64,000 bases of DNA from Dehalococcoidia bacterium (GCA_034423035.1 DAOUJF010000011.1:9238-73237); one strand, 5' to 3'; positions 33,668-44,255 are shown, counted from the stretch's first letter. Notes: generated by a model not told the origin, from the sequence alone. A program made the numbers and translations.

Positions 33668-34693
33668 ATGGACTACTACAAGGCAGAATACATCTGGATA
33701 GACGGCTCGGAGCCGACCGCTAAGCTCCGTTCGAAGACGAAGATAGTCCCCGTGGGTGAGGAGCCACCCATTTGGGGCTTCGACGGCTCAAGCACCAACC
33801 AGGCCCCCGGCGAGAACTCGGACTGCGTCCTGCGGCCGGTATACACCTGTCCCGACCCGATTCGCGGCGGCGACGACATCCTCGCGATGTGCGAGGTTCT
33901 TCTCACGGACATGTCCCCTCACCCGTCCAACACCAGGGCGGCCTGCGCCGAGGCGGCTGAGAAGTATGGCGATTTCGACATGTGGTTCGGCATCGAGCAG
34001 GAATACACCTTCTTCGACGGCATCAAGCCCCTCGGATGGCCGGACAACGGCTTCCCCGCGCCTCAGGGCGGCTACTACTGCGGCGTAGGCTCCGACGAGG
34101 TCTTCGGACGACCCATCGTCGAGGCCCACATGGACGCCTGCCTCCGCGCAGGACTGGGCATCTCCGGCATCAACGCCGAGGTCATGCCCGCGCAGTGGGA
34201 GTTCCAGATTGGGCCCATCGGCGCTCCCGCAGTCGCCGATCAGCTCTGGGTCGCCCGCTGGCTCCTCTACCGCATCGGTGAGGACATCCACATCTCCGAC
34301 GATGTGAACACCGGCGTCTCCGCAAGGCTCGATCCCAAGCCCGTCCACGGCGACTGGAACGGCGCTGGAGCTCACTGCAACTTCTCGACCGTGCAGATGC
34401 GCGAGAACTACGACGCCTGCATCGATGCCGCCGAAGCCCTCAAGGGCAACCACGAGGCCCACATCGTCGAATACGGCGACCGCATCGAAGAGCGCCTGAC
34501 AGGACACCACGAGACCTGCTCATACAAGGAGTTCCGGTACGGCGTGTCCGACAGGGGCGCGTCCGTTCGCATCCCCTGGCAGGTCCACCGCGACGGCGGA
34601 GGCTACATCGAGGACAGGCGGCCCAATGCCAACTGCGACCCCTACAGGGTCACCCGACTCATACTCAACACGGTGTGCGGAGCGGCCTCCTAG
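33668..34693 (+). CDS. glnII: Glutamine synthetase type II
   Basis: About 340 aa. AEYIWIDG, WGFDGSSTNQAPG, WFGIEQEY, PQG.YYCGVG, GINAEVMPAQWEFQIGP, DWNGAGAH and IEDRRPNANCDPY. Confidence 0.95.
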   Translation: MDYYKAEYIWIDGSEPTAKLRSKTKIVPVGEEPPIWGFDGSSTNQAPGENSDCVLRPVYTCPDPIRGGDDILAMCEVLLTDMSPHPSNTRAACAEAAEKYGDFDMWFGIEQEYTFFDGIKPLGWPDNGFPAPQGGYYCGVGSDEVFGRPIVEAHMDACLRAGLGISGINAEVMPAQWEFQIGPIGAPAVADQLWVARWLLYRIGEDIHISDDVNTGVSARLDPKPVHGDWNGAGAHCNFSTVQMRENYDACIDAAEALKGNHEAHIVEYGDRIEERLTGHHETCSYKEFRYGVSDRGASVRIPWQVHRDGGGYIEDRRPNANCDPYRVTRLILNTVCGAAS

Positions 34694-34735
34694 AGTTTCG
34701 CATTCCCAAGGGGGCGCAAGGCCCATGCAGATCAG

Positions 34736-34771
34736 ACGCCGCCGGTCCGAACGGGAACCGGCGGCGTTCTT
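34736..34771 (+). terminator. Terminator-like hairpin after glnII
   Basis: acgccgccggt...accggcggcgt followed by tctt. Confidence 0.55.
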
Positions 34772-34860
34772 GCACAACCGTCCCCTCGAAACATCGCGGT
34801 CGCGTGGGCGGAATACTGTACGAAACTACGATAAGCCCCGTAGCGACGACGCAGAGCGCA

Positions 34861-34890
34861 TTGACACTAAAATTCATGAATAGCTATACT
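34861..34890 (+). promoter_or_regulatory. Sigma70-type promoter for glnA-gltB-gltD
   Basis: TTGACA, 18 nt, TATACT. Confidence 0.65.
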
Positions 34891-34943
34891 GAACGTTCAC
34901 CTCAGACCAGATGGGGCCGCTGAGGACCACGGATACGACGCCC

Positions 34944-36311
34944 ATGCCGACGACCCTAGAACGAGACCCACAGGAGATCGAGTACGTCCTCCGCAAGGCG
35001 CGCGAGAACGACGTCAAATTCATTCGCCTGTGGTTCACCGATATCCTCGGGAGTCTCAAGGGCTTGGCCGTCACGGTCGAGGAGTTGGAGATCGCCCTCA
35101 CGCGGGGCATGAGCTTCGACGGTTCGTCCATCGAGGGGTTCGCTCGGTACCGTGAGACCGACATGTATGCTCTCCCGGATCCGACGACGTTCAGCCTGCT
35201 CCCCTGGCGTCCCAAGACCAATGCGGTCGCCAAGATGTTCTGCGACCTCGTCACACCCACGGGGGAGCCGTTCGAGGGCGATCCGCGTGCCGTCCTGCGC
35301 CGCAACCTGGAGCGCGCGGCCAAACTCGGTTATACCTACTATGTCGCGCCTGAGTTGGAGTACTTCTACTTCAAGGACTCCAACGGGGTCGAGTTCCTCG
35401 ATGAGGCCGGCTACTTTGACCAGAACCCCCAGGACCTTGCCACGAACCTGAGGCGAGAGACCGTTCTCACCCTGGAGGACCTCGAAATCCCTGTTGTCTT
35501 CAGCCATCACGAGGTCGCTCCGAGCCAACACGAGATCGACCTTCGGCACACGGACGCCCTCACGATGGCCGACACCGTGATGACTTGCCGTGTGGTCATC
35601 AAGGAGGTAGCCGTCAGCCAGGGGTGCTACGCGACGTTCATGCCGAAGCCGGTCTATGGCATCAACGGCAGCGGAATGCACACTCATCAGTCCCTGTCGA
35701 ACGGGAACGGCAACGTATTCCATGATCCGGAGGACCCAGACCGGCTATCGCAGGTCGCCAAGTGGTTCATCGCAGGACTGCTCCGGCACGCTCCCGAGAT
35801 CACTGCGGTGACCAACCAGTGGGTGAACTCGTACAAGCGGCTTGTGCGCAGCCCCCTCGACACGCCTCTCGACTATGAAGCGCCCGTCTACGTGTCGTGG
35901 GCGAACGTCAACCGCTCCGACCTCGTGCGAGTGCCGACCTTCAAGGAAGGCAGGGAGGAGTCCCGGCGCATCGAGTACCGCGCCCCTGATCCCGCCTGCA
36001 ACCCTTACCTGGCGTTCAGCGTCATGCTCGCGGCCGGACTGGAGGGCATCGAAAAGCAGTACGACCTCCCGCCGGCCGCCGAGGCGAACGTTTTCGCCAT
36101 GACTGACGCCGAGCGCCGCGAGGCGGGTATCGGCACGCTCCCTCGCTCCCTCGAAGAGGCCGTGGCGGCTACCGAGAACAGCGAACTCGTGCGCAACGCC
36201 CTCGGCGACCACGTATTCGAGAGCTTCATTCACAACAAGAAGGTCGAGTGGGACCGCTATTCCATGCAGGTGACGGACTACGAGATCGTCCGGCACCTGG
36301 CCGACCTATAA
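34944..36311 (+). CDS. glnA: Glutamine synthetase type I (alpha-type)
   Basis: FIRLWFTDILG, FDGSSIEGF, PELEYF, HHEVAPSQHEI, FMPKP..G.NGSGMH and RIEYRAPDPACNPYLA. Has NVF where adenylylated enzymes carry a Tyr. Confidence 0.95.
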   Translation: MPTTLERDPQEIEYVLRKARENDVKFIRLWFTDILGSLKGLAVTVEELEIALTRGMSFDGSSIEGFARYRETDMYALPDPTTFSLLPWRPKTNAVAKMFCDLVTPTGEPFEGDPRAVLRRNLERAAKLGYTYYVAPELEYFYFKDSNGVEFLDEAGYFDQNPQDLATNLRRETVLTLEDLEIPVVFSHHEVAPSQHEIDLRHTDALTMADTVMTCRVVIKEVAVSQGCYATFMPKPVYGINGSGMHTHQSLSNGNGNVFHDPEDPDRLSQVAKWFIAGLLRHAPEITAVTNQWVNSYKRLVRSPLDTPLDYEAPVYVSWANVNRSDLVRVPTFKEGREESRRIEYRAPDPACNPYLAFSVMLAAGLEGIEKQYDLPPAAEANVFAMTDAERREAGIGTLPRSLEEAVAATENSELVRNALGDHVFESFIHNKKVEWDRYSMQVTDYEIVRHLADL

Positions 36312-36321
36312 CATCGAGATC

Positions 36322-39300
36322 ATGAACACTCCGTATCCATACCCTGACCTTCCACCCCCTACCCAGCAGGGCCTCTACGACCCGCGCTTCGAGCACGACG
36401 CGTGTGGCGTCGGCCTCGTCGCGGACATCAAGGGCAGGAAGTCGCACGATATCATCACCAAGGGCCTCGAGGCCCTTATAAACCTCGGGCACCGAGGCGC
36501 TGCGGGGGCGGACCCGGAGACGGGCGACGGCGCGGGCATCCTCATGCAGATGCCCCATGAGTTCTTTGCCAAGGAGGCTGAGTCACTCGGGTTCGACCTT
36601 CCCGACCTCGGTGATTACGGCGTTGGGACGATCTTCCTGCCGCAGGACCATGAAGCGCGGGAACAGTGCATTCGAATCATCGAACAGACCGTGCGGGACG
36701 AGGGGTGCCGCCTTCTCGGCTGGCGCGACGTTCCCACGAATCCCGATGCCATCGGCGTGCTGTCACGCGGCGTGATGCCGGTCATCCGGCAGTTCTTTGT
36801 CGACCGCCCTACCAACAGCGCCGACAAGGCGCCCTTCGAACTGCGTCTCTACGTCATCAGGCGGGAGATCGAGAACCGCGCCAAGGACGAGGGCCTGAAC
36901 CCCTACATCGCCTGCCTCTCCGCGAACAGGGTCATCTACAAGGGCCTCATCCTTGCCCACCAGCTTGAACAGTTCTACCTCGATCTGGGCAATACTGACA
37001 TAGCCTCCTGCTTCGCGATGGTGCATTCACGGTTTAGCACTAACACGCTCGGCACATGGCGGCTGGCTCATCCCTATCGCCACGTCATTCACAACGGCGA
37101 GATCAACACCCTGCGCGGCAACATCAACTGGATGACTGCCCGGCACGCCATGCTGGCGTCCGAAACCCTGGGTGACGACATCAGCAAGCTGTTCCCCATT
37201 GTCGCCGCGTCCGACCAGAGCGACACGGCGACCTTCGACAACGTCCTCGAGCTGCTCCTGGCGACCGGGCGCTCGCTGCCGCACTCGATGATGATGATGA
37301 TCCCCGAGGCGTGGGCCGACCACATCCCCATGAGCGAGGACAAGAAGGCGTTCTATGAGTACCACTCCACCCTCATGGAGCCCTGGGACGGCCCGGCGCT
37401 CATGATCGGGACCGACGGCAGTCAGGTGTGCGCGGTCCTTGACCGCAACGGCCTGCGTCCGTGCAGGTTCCTCGTGACGAAGGACGACCTGCTGGTCATG
37501 GCCTCCGAGACCGGCGTGCTCGACATCCCCGACGAAGAGATCGTCTACAAGTCGCGCATCCAGCCTGGGCGCATGTTCCTGCTCGACACCGAGCGCGGCA
37601 GGCTCATCCCCGACGAGGAGATCAAGGAGAAGCTCAGCACCCAGCGCCCGTACGGGCAGTGGCTCGCCGAGAACGCACGTGCCCTCGACGACCTGCCCGA
37701 TCCGGACGAAGTTCCCGGCCACGACTTTCGTACCCTCAAGCAACGCCAGGCCGCCTTCGGATACACCCTTGAAGACACGAGCATGATCCTCGCCCCCATG
37801 GCGGAGACCGGAGCGGAGGCGGTGGGCTCGATGGGCAACGATACGCCGCTCGCCGTCCTCTCCGACGAGGCCCCGCTGCTCTTCTGGTACTTCAAGCAGC
37901 TATTTGCCCAGGTCAGCAATCCACCGCTCGACGCGATCCGCGAGGAGCTTGTGACCTCCGTCGAGTCGTTCATCGGGTGCGAGGGTAATCTCTTCGACGA
38001 GAAGCCCGAACAGTGCCTACAGCTCAAGCTCCACCGCCCCGTCCTTACCAACGCCGAGCTTGCCAAGATCCGAGCCATACAGGACGACTACGGCAAGTCG
38101 GTCACCCTTTCGAGCGTATTCCGGCCCGGGGATGGCCCCGGCGCCCTGAAATGTGCAATGGACGCCCTCTTCGAGGCTGCGTCCGAGGCCGTCGCCGACG
38201 GATGCACTATCATCATTTTGTCCGACCGCAGCATCGATGCCGAGCACGCCGCGATACCCAGCCTGCTGGCGACGGCGGGCCTGCATCACCACCTCATTCG
38301 CGAGGGCCTGCGGACGAAGGTCGGGATCGTCGTCGAGTCCGGCGAGCCGAGGGACGTGGGACAGATAGCCCTCCTCTTCGGCTACGGTGCTGGCGCCGTG
38401 AACCCGTACGTCGCATTCGAGACACTCGCACAGTTGGCCCAAGAGCGCGCCTACTCCAACGGCACCGACTACAAGACGGCAGAGAAGAACTACGTCAAGG
38501 CCGTCCTCAAGGGCGTCGTGAAGGTCATGTCCAAGATGGGCATCTCGACTCTCCAGAGCTACCGGGGCGCGCAGATATTCGAGGCAGTCGGCCTTCACCA
38601 GGATTTCGTCGAACGCTACTTCGCGTGGACTCCCTCCCGCGTCGGCGGGATCGGCATCGAGGAGATTGAGCGTGAGGCGGTACGTCGCCACGCAGCCGCC
38701 TACGCAGTCCGCAACGGCAATGGCTCACACGACCTCGACGCAGGCGGTATGTACTACTGGCGTCGCGACGGGGAGTACCACATGTGGAACCCCGACACCA
38801 TCGCCGCGCTCCAGTACGCCGCAAGAACGAACGACTACACCACCTTCGAGCAGTTCACTCACGCAGCCAACGACTACAGCAGACGTCTCTGCACTATCCG
38901 CGGCCTTCTCGAGCTGAAGAGCTCCGGCGACCCGGTCCCCCTCGACGAGGTCGAGTCCGCCGCCGAGATCGTCAAGCGTTTCGCCACCGGCGCCGCTTCA
39001 CTCGGCTCCATCAGCAAGGAAGCGCACGAGACCATGGCCATCGCCATGAACCGCATCGACGCGCGCAGCAACACGGGAGAGGGCGGCGAGGACTTCCACC
39101 GTTACACGCCCGACGACAACGGCGACTCCCGCAACAGCGCCATGAAGCAGGTCGCCTCAGGCCGCTTCGGCGTCACATCCACATATCTTGCCAACGCCAC
39201 CGACCTCCAGATCAAGATGGCACAGGGCTCCAAGCCCGGCGAGGGGGGTCAGCTACCGGGCCACAAGGTCGACGACTATATCGGCTGGGTGCGCCACTCC

Positions 39301-40869
39301 ACACCCGGAGTGGAACTGATCTCGCCGCCGCCTCACCACGACATCTACTCGATCGAGGACCTAGCCCAGCTTATCCACGACCTCAAGAACTCCAACCCCG
39401 AGGCCCGCGTCCACGTCAAGCTCGTGGCCGAGGCCGGGGTCGGAACCATCGCCGCCGGCGTGTCCAAGGGACACGGCGACGTCGTCCTCATCAGCGGCGA
39501 CTCCGGCGGCACCGGCGCATCCCCCGAATCGTCCATCAAGTACGCCGGGCTCCCCTGGGAGCTTGGCGTAGCCGAAACGCAGCAGGTCCTCGTGATGAAC
39601 GACCTGCGCGGTCGCATCGTCGTGCAAACGGACGGACAGTTGAAGACCGGACGCGACGTTGCTATCGCATGTCTGCTCGGCGCGGAGGAGTTTGGATTCG
39701 CGACGGCCCCGCTCATCGTCATGGGCTGCATCATGCTCCGCAAGTGCCACCTCAACACCTGCTCCGTCGGCATTGCCACCCAGGACCCCGTCCTTCGCGA
39801 GAAATTCGCCGGACAGCCCGAACACGTCATCAACTACTTCTTTTTCGTGGCCGAGCAGCTCCGCGAGATCATGGCCGACATGGGCTTCCGCACCATCGAC
39901 GAGATGGTGGGCCGTGTCGACTGCCTGGACGCCTCAGCCGCCGTCGATCACTGGAAGGCCAGCGGCCTCGACTTCTCCGCCCTGCTGCACAGGCCGGAAG
40001 TCCCCGATGGCATCGCTACCCACTTCGTGCCCGAGCAGACGCAGGACCACGGTATCGACGACGCCCTCGACCACGAGCTCATCGAGCTCTGCAAGCCCGC
40101 CATCGAGGACGGCTCGCCCGTCCGCTTCGCGCTCGACATCCGCAACCGCAATCGTACGCTCGGCACCATGCTCAGCAACCAGATCGCCAAGCACTACGGC
40201 GAGGACGGCCTCCCGGAAGACACCATACAGCTTGACTTCACCGGCTCCGGCGGACAGAGCTTCGCGGCCTTCCTCTCACCGGGCATCACGTTCCGGCTTG
40301 AGGGCGACGCCAACGACTACTTCTGCAAGGGCCTCTCAGGTGGCAAGATCGTCATCGTTCCGCCAGAACGCTCCACCTTCACCCCGGAGGACAATACCAT
40401 CGTCGGCAACGTCTCCCTCTATGGCGCGACGGGCGGTCAGGCCTACATTCGCGGCATCGCAGGGGAGCGCTTCTGCGTCCGAAACAGCGGCGCAGAGGCC
40501 GTCGTCGAGGGCGTAGGAGACCACGGCTGCGAGTACATGACGGGAGGGCGCGTCGTTGTGCTCGGTCCCACCGGACGCAACTTCGCCGCCGGCATGAGTG
40601 GTGGCGAGGCGTACATCCTCGACGACGACGGAGTGTTCCCCTCCCTGTGCAACACCGAGATGGTGGCCCTCGAACCCGTCGAAGCGCCTGAGGACACCGA
40701 GACTCTGCGCCGCCTACTCGCCGACCACTTGCGGTATACTGGAAGCGCCCCGGCCGAGCGCGTGCTCGCAAACTGGGACGAGATGCTTCCGAAATTCATC
40801 AAGATCATGCCGCACGACTACAAGCGAGTCCTCATGGAGCGTGCCGGAAGGGCCCAACTAGGGTCATAG
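36322..40869 (+). CDS. gltB: Glutamate synthase large subunit
   Basis: EHDACGVG, HSRFSTNT, HNGEINT, EPWDGPA, SNTGEGG, QGSKPGEGGQLPG, C-x5-C-x4-C and GXGXG repeats. Confidence 0.98.
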   Translation: MNTPYPYPDLPPPTQQGLYDPRFEHDACGVGLVADIKGRKSHDIITKGLEALINLGHRGAAGADPETGDGAGILMQMPHEFFAKEAESLGFDLPDLGDYGVGTIFLPQDHEAREQCIRIIEQTVRDEGCRLLGWRDVPTNPDAIGVLSRGVMPVIRQFFVDRPTNSADKAPFELRLYVIRREIENRAKDEGLNPYIACLSANRVIYKGLILAHQLEQFYLDLGNTDIASCFAMVHSRFSTNTLGTWRLAHPYRHVIHNGEINTLRGNINWMTARHAMLASETLGDDISKLFPIVAASDQSDTATFDNVLELLLATGRSLPHSMMMMIPEAWADHIPMSEDKKAFYEYHSTLMEPWDGPALMIGTDGSQVCAVLDRNGLRPCRFLVTKDDLLVMASETGVLDIPDEEIVYKSRIQPGRMFLLDTERGRLIPDEEIKEKLSTQRPYGQWLAENARALDDLPDPDEVPGHDFRTLKQRQAAFGYTLEDTSMILAPMAETGAEAVGSMGNDTPLAVLSDEAPLLFWYFKQLFAQVSNPPLDAIREELVTSVESFIGCEGNLFDEKPEQCLQLKLHRPVLTNAELAKIRAIQDDYGKSVTLSSVFRPGDGPGALKCAMDALFEAASEAVADGCTIIILSDRSIDAEHAAIPSLLATAGLHHHLIREGLRTKVGIVVESGEPRDVGQIALLFGYGAGAVNPYVAFETLAQLAQERAYSNGTDYKTAEKNYVKAVLKGVVKVMSKMGISTLQSYRGAQIFEAVGLHQDFVERYFAWTPSRVGGIGIEEIEREAVRRHAAAYAVRNGNGSHDLDAGGMYYWRRDGEYHMWNPDTIAALQYAARTNDYTTFEQFTHAANDYSRRLCTIRGLLELKSSGDPVPLDEVESAAEIVKRFATGAASLGSISKEAHETMAIAMNRIDARSNTGEGGEDFHRYTPDDNGDSRNSAMKQVASGRFGVTSTYLANATDLQIKMAQGSKPGEGGQLPGHKVDDYIGWVRHSTPGVELISPPPHHDIYSIEDLAQLIHDLKNSNPEARVHVKLVAEAGVGTIAAGVSKGHGDVVLISGDSGGTGASPESSIKYAGLPWELGVAETQQVLVMNDLRGRIVVQTDGQLKTGRDVAIACLLGAEEFGFATAPLIVMGCIMLRKCHLNTCSVGIATQDPVLREKFAGQPEHVINYFFFVAEQLREIMADMGFRTIDEMVGRVDCLDASAAVDHWKASGLDFSALLHRPEVPDGIATHFVPEQTQDHGIDDALDHELIELCKPAIEDGSPVRFALDIRNRNRTLGTMLSNQIAKHYGEDGLPEDTIQLDFTGSGGQSFAAFLSPGITFRLEGDANDYFCKGLSGGKIVIVPPERSTFTPEDNTIVGNVSLYGATGGQAYIRGIAGERFCVRNSGAEAVVEGVGDHGCEYMTGGRVVVLGPTGRNFAAGMSGGEAYILDDDGVFPSLCNTEMVALEPVEAPEDTETLRRLLADHLRYTGSAPAERVLANWDEMLPKFIKIMPHDYKRVLMERAGRAQLGS

Positions 40870-40895
40870 CGGACGCCTCCTAAAACACTGATCTC

Positions 40896-42401
40896 ATGGG
40901 CAAGCCCACTGGCTTCATAGACTATGCGCGGGTGCCGCTCCCCAAGCGGCCCGTCTCCGAGCGCGTCCAGGACTGGCAGGAGTTCCTTCTCGACTGGGAC
41001 AACACCCAGGCCCGCGAGCAGGCCGGACGGTGCATGAACTGCGCCGTTCCCATGTGCCACTCCTTCACCGGATGCCCGCTGGGGAACGTCATCCCCGACT
41101 GGAACGACTTCGTCTACCGCGACCAGTGGGACAGGGCCCTCGTGTCCCTTCACTCGACCAACAACTTCCCGGAGTTCACCGGACGCATCTGTCCCGCCCC
41201 GTGCGAGACCGCCTGCATCGTCGGACGCCCTCGCCACTACGACAACGGCCACGCCGAGGCCGACGATCCCGTCACCATCGAGTACATCGAGAAGTCCATA
41301 GCCGACACCGGCTGGAAGAACGGCTGGATCACGCCTGAGCCGCCATCCTTCCGAACCGGCAAGACCGTCGCTGTCATTGGGTCCGGCCCCGCAGGACTCG
41401 CCGCAGCACAGCAGTTGAACCGGCGGGGCCATAGCGTCACCGTCTACGAGCGCGACGAGTACATCGGCGGACTGCTGCGGCTAGGCATCCCCGACTTCAA
41501 GCTCGAAAAGCACGTCGTGGAGCGCCGCGTCGACCAGATGACCGCTGAGGGCGTGACCTTCAAGACGAGCACGTGGGTGGGCCGGGACTTCGACGCCGGG
41601 AACCTCCTCGAGGAATACGACGCCATCTGCCTCACCGGAGGCTCGACCCAGGCGCGCGATCTCCCCGTACCCGGCAGGGAGCTCGACGGCGTACACTTCG
41701 CAATGGAGTACCTCACCCAGCAGAACCGCATCAACTCCGGTCAAACCGTCGATCCGTCTCGCCGCATCGAGGCCGAGGGCAAGCGCGTCGTCATCCTCGG
41801 TGGAGGCGACACCGGAGCGGACTGTCTCGGGACGGCCCACAGGCAGGGCGCGGAGGTCGTCTACCAGTTCGAGATCATGCCGGAGCCACCCAAGGACCGC
41901 GCCGGCAACAATCCCTGGCCGGAGTGGCCTCTCATTCTCAGGACGTCATCCGCCCACGAGGAGGGCGGCATCCGCGACTACAACATCTCCACGTCGAGCT
42001 TCACCGGCTCCAACGGAAGAGTCGAACGGCTAAATGGCATGCGCGTCGAGCCCGGCGCATGGCCGCCCCAGCCCATTCCCGACAGTGACTTCGAGCTTGA
42101 CGCCGATCTCGTTCTGCTCGCCATGGGATTCGTCCACCCCGAGCACGACGGGATGCTCGACCAGTTGGGCGTAGAGTACGACCAGCGCGGCAACGTCCTC
42201 GTTGACAACGAGATGCGCACCAGCGTCCCCTCGGTCTTCTCCGCCGGTGACATGGCGCGCGGACAGTCGCTCGTAGTCTGGGCCATCGCCGAAGGCCGCG
42301 ACGCCGCCGGCTGCATCGACCGCTACCTCATGGGCCAAACATCCCTCCAGCCCGTGCTCCACCGGCCCATCCACGGCACCAAGGCCATCCACGACTGGTA
42401 G
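40896..42401 (+). CDS. gltD: Glutamate synthase small subunit
   Basis: MGKPTGF, RCMNCAVP.CH..GCP, NNFPEFTGRICPAPCE, IGSGPAG and GQSLVVWAI.EGR. Confidence 0.97.
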   Translation: MGKPTGFIDYARVPLPKRPVSERVQDWQEFLLDWDNTQAREQAGRCMNCAVPMCHSFTGCPLGNVIPDWNDFVYRDQWDRALVSLHSTNNFPEFTGRICPAPCETACIVGRPRHYDNGHAEADDPVTIEYIEKSIADTGWKNGWITPEPPSFRTGKTVAVIGSGPAGLAAAQQLNRRGHSVTVYERDEYIGGLLRLGIPDFKLEKHVVERRVDQMTAEGVTFKTSTWVGRDFDAGNLLEEYDAICLTGGSTQARDLPVPGRELDGVHFAMEYLTQQNRINSGQTVDPSRRIEAEGKRVVILGGGDTGADCLGTAHRQGAEVVYQFEIMPEPPKDRAGNNPWPEWPLILRTSSAHEEGGIRDYNISTSSFTGSNGRVERLNGMRVEPGAWPPQPIPDSDFELDADLVLLAMGFVHPEHDGMLDQLGVEYDQRGNVLVDNEMRTSVPSVFSAGDMARGQSLVVWAIAEGRDAAGCIDRYLMGQTSLQPVLHRPIHGTKAIHDW

Positions 42402-42408
42402 GGGCAAC

Positions 42409-43182
42409 ATGAGGGGCTACGCATTCGGGGATTCCGGCCTCGCCGCCCGGAGACTCTCGCTGGTTGCCGAGACCTTCGCCGAGTCGTCTCGCGCCTTCAT
42501 GAGAGAGTCCGTCAAGGCGCGGCCCAAACTGGCCGTAGACCTCGGGTGCGGTCCCGGCTACACCACACACCTGCTTGCCGACACCCTTGACCCGAACCAC
42601 ACGGTCGGCCTCGACAACTCCGAGAGTTTCCTTGCCCAAGCACGGACGACAGCCACAGAAAAGGTGTCCTTCCAGCTTCACGACATCACGTCAGTCCCGT
42701 TCCCTAACGGCCCTTTCGACCTGATCTACGGTCGATTGGTCCTGACCCACCTGCCGGAACCTGAGAAGGTGATTTCTACTTGGGGCACCCAACTCCGCCC
42801 CAGGGGACTTCTACTGATCGAGGAGGTCGAGTGCATCGGCACCGATGTTCCGGCTCTCGTCACCTATCTCGATATCCAGCAGGCGATGCTGACGCATCAA
42901 GGAAACGAGCTCTACATCGGCCCACGACTAGACGCCATCACCGGGTCGGACAAGCTGCAGCGCCGTGTCAGCACAATAGGCACCCTGCAGGTACCGGCCC
43001 GCAGGGCGGCTGAGATGTTCCACATGAACCTCGGCGTCTGGCGGCACAACGACTTCGCGCGCCGAAATTACGAGCCCGCAACGCTCGACGCGCTGGAACA
43101 AGCCCTCTTCGCCTTGGCCGAGGACGACACCGACGCGCCGCCTGTCGAGTGGCAACTCCGCCAAATCGTCATGGAGCGATAG
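42409..43182 (+). CDS. Class I SAM-dependent methyltransferase
   Basis: VDLGCGPG motif I, GLDNS, FDLIYGRLVL. Confidence 0.88.
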   Translation: MRGYAFGDSGLAARRLSLVAETFAESSRAFMRESVKARPKLAVDLGCGPGYTTHLLADTLDPNHTVGLDNSESFLAQARTTATEKVSFQLHDITSVPFPNGPFDLIYGRLVLTHLPEPEKVISTWGTQLRPRGLLLIEEVECIGTDVPALVTYLDIQQAMLTHQGNELYIGPRLDAITGSDKLQRRVSTIGTLQVPARRAAEMFHMNLGVWRHNDFARRNYEPATLDALEQALFALAEDDTDAPPVEWQLRQIVMER

Positions 43183-43199
43183 GCTCTTAGGTCAGTGGT

Positions 43200-44141
43200 T
43201 CACCGCTCGCAGACGACGCCGTCGCCATCCCCATCACGCGCACTCGGCACCATCGCCGCCGGGAACCCGCGGCCGGTGCCCTTGCTGCCGCGGACGCGCG
43301 GCTCATCAGCGTCCACTGCTTCGTCGCACGAAGCGTAGGTCCTTTTGGTGTCCAGTGCTGACGTGGGCGTGGCATCGGGTGACGCGGAGGACTCGACCTC
43401 AACCTCGTTCAACGACAGCGACGGCTCACACATGCCCAGCATTTCCGCCAGCGCGTTTGCTTCATTGGCCGTGGCCGTCAGCTCCCAGGCGTTCTTGATG
43501 GTTATCCAGTCGATGGCATACTGGCACCAGTAGCTTCGATCCGGCGGCTTCCAGTCCTCCGGGCCCTTGCTACCCTTCGCACGGTTGGCTGACGCCTTCG
43601 TGGCTACGAGGTGTCCGGCGTACGAGAGGTCGTTCGCGTACTGACGCTTTCTGTCCTCGGTCCATGCCCATCCGCCGGAACGGTGAGTGTTGGCCAGAGG
43701 CACCATGTGATCGACGTCCAAGTCTCCGGGGTCGGTGAAGCTCTCGCCCGTGTAAGGGCCAACCCACGACCCTGACGCGACCTTGCACTTCTCGTCGCTC
43801 TTGTAGGTGACCGGGGTATCCGACTCCGCTATCAGCGCCTCCTGCCGCGCGTCCTGGCAGTCGTCGTCCTCATCGGTCCAGTGACGCCACTCATCGCGGT
43901 CGTAGTCGGGAATGTCGCGCGGAATCGAAGCGACCGCGATGGACAGCTGCGTACTCGTCGTGACGGGAGACGCTGGGACGGTTGCCACGGCGGTCGTCGG
44001 AAGGGGGGTTGCGGCAGTCGTCGGGATGGGCGATGGAGAAGGACGTATCGGCGTGGGATCATCGACCTGCGGCCCTCCTCCGCAGCCGGCGACGGCCAAG
44101 ACGACGATTCCTGATGCCACCATCCAAATGAAGAACTTCAT
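43200..44141 (-). CDS. Lipoprotein with DUF1524/HNH-type nuclease domain and C-terminal excalibur-like Ca-binding domain
   Basis: Lipobox VAGC, Pro/Thr linker, YDRDEW.HW.D.D.DC, DVDHMVPLAN, ANRAKG.KGP.DW, YC.YA.DW..IK and terminal YASC...RDGDGDGVVCE. Start moved to ATG 44141. Confidence 0.85.
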   Translation of the reverse strand: MKFFIWMVASGIVVLAVAGCGGGPQVDDPTPIRPSPSPIPTTAATPLPTTAVATVPASPVTTSTQLSIAVASIPRDIPDYDRDEWRHWTDEDDDCQDARQEALIAESDTPVTYKSDEKCKVASGSWVGPYTGESFTDPGDLDVDHMVPLANTHRSGGWAWTEDRKRQYANDLSYAGHLVATKASANRAKGSKGPEDWKPPDRSYWCQYAIDWITIKNAWELTATANEANALAEMLGMCEPSLSLNEVEVESSASPDATPTSALDTKRTYASCDEAVDADEPRVRGSKGTGRGFPAAMVPSARDGDGDGVVCER

Positions 44142-44255
44142 CGCATATCCATCGGTATTCCACACAATTCGAGGTACGCCCCCCAATTTTATGTGATCTC
44201 TCATGTCGGGCTGCCGACGACACCGCCGATAATGATAATGTGTTGACCCATGGCA

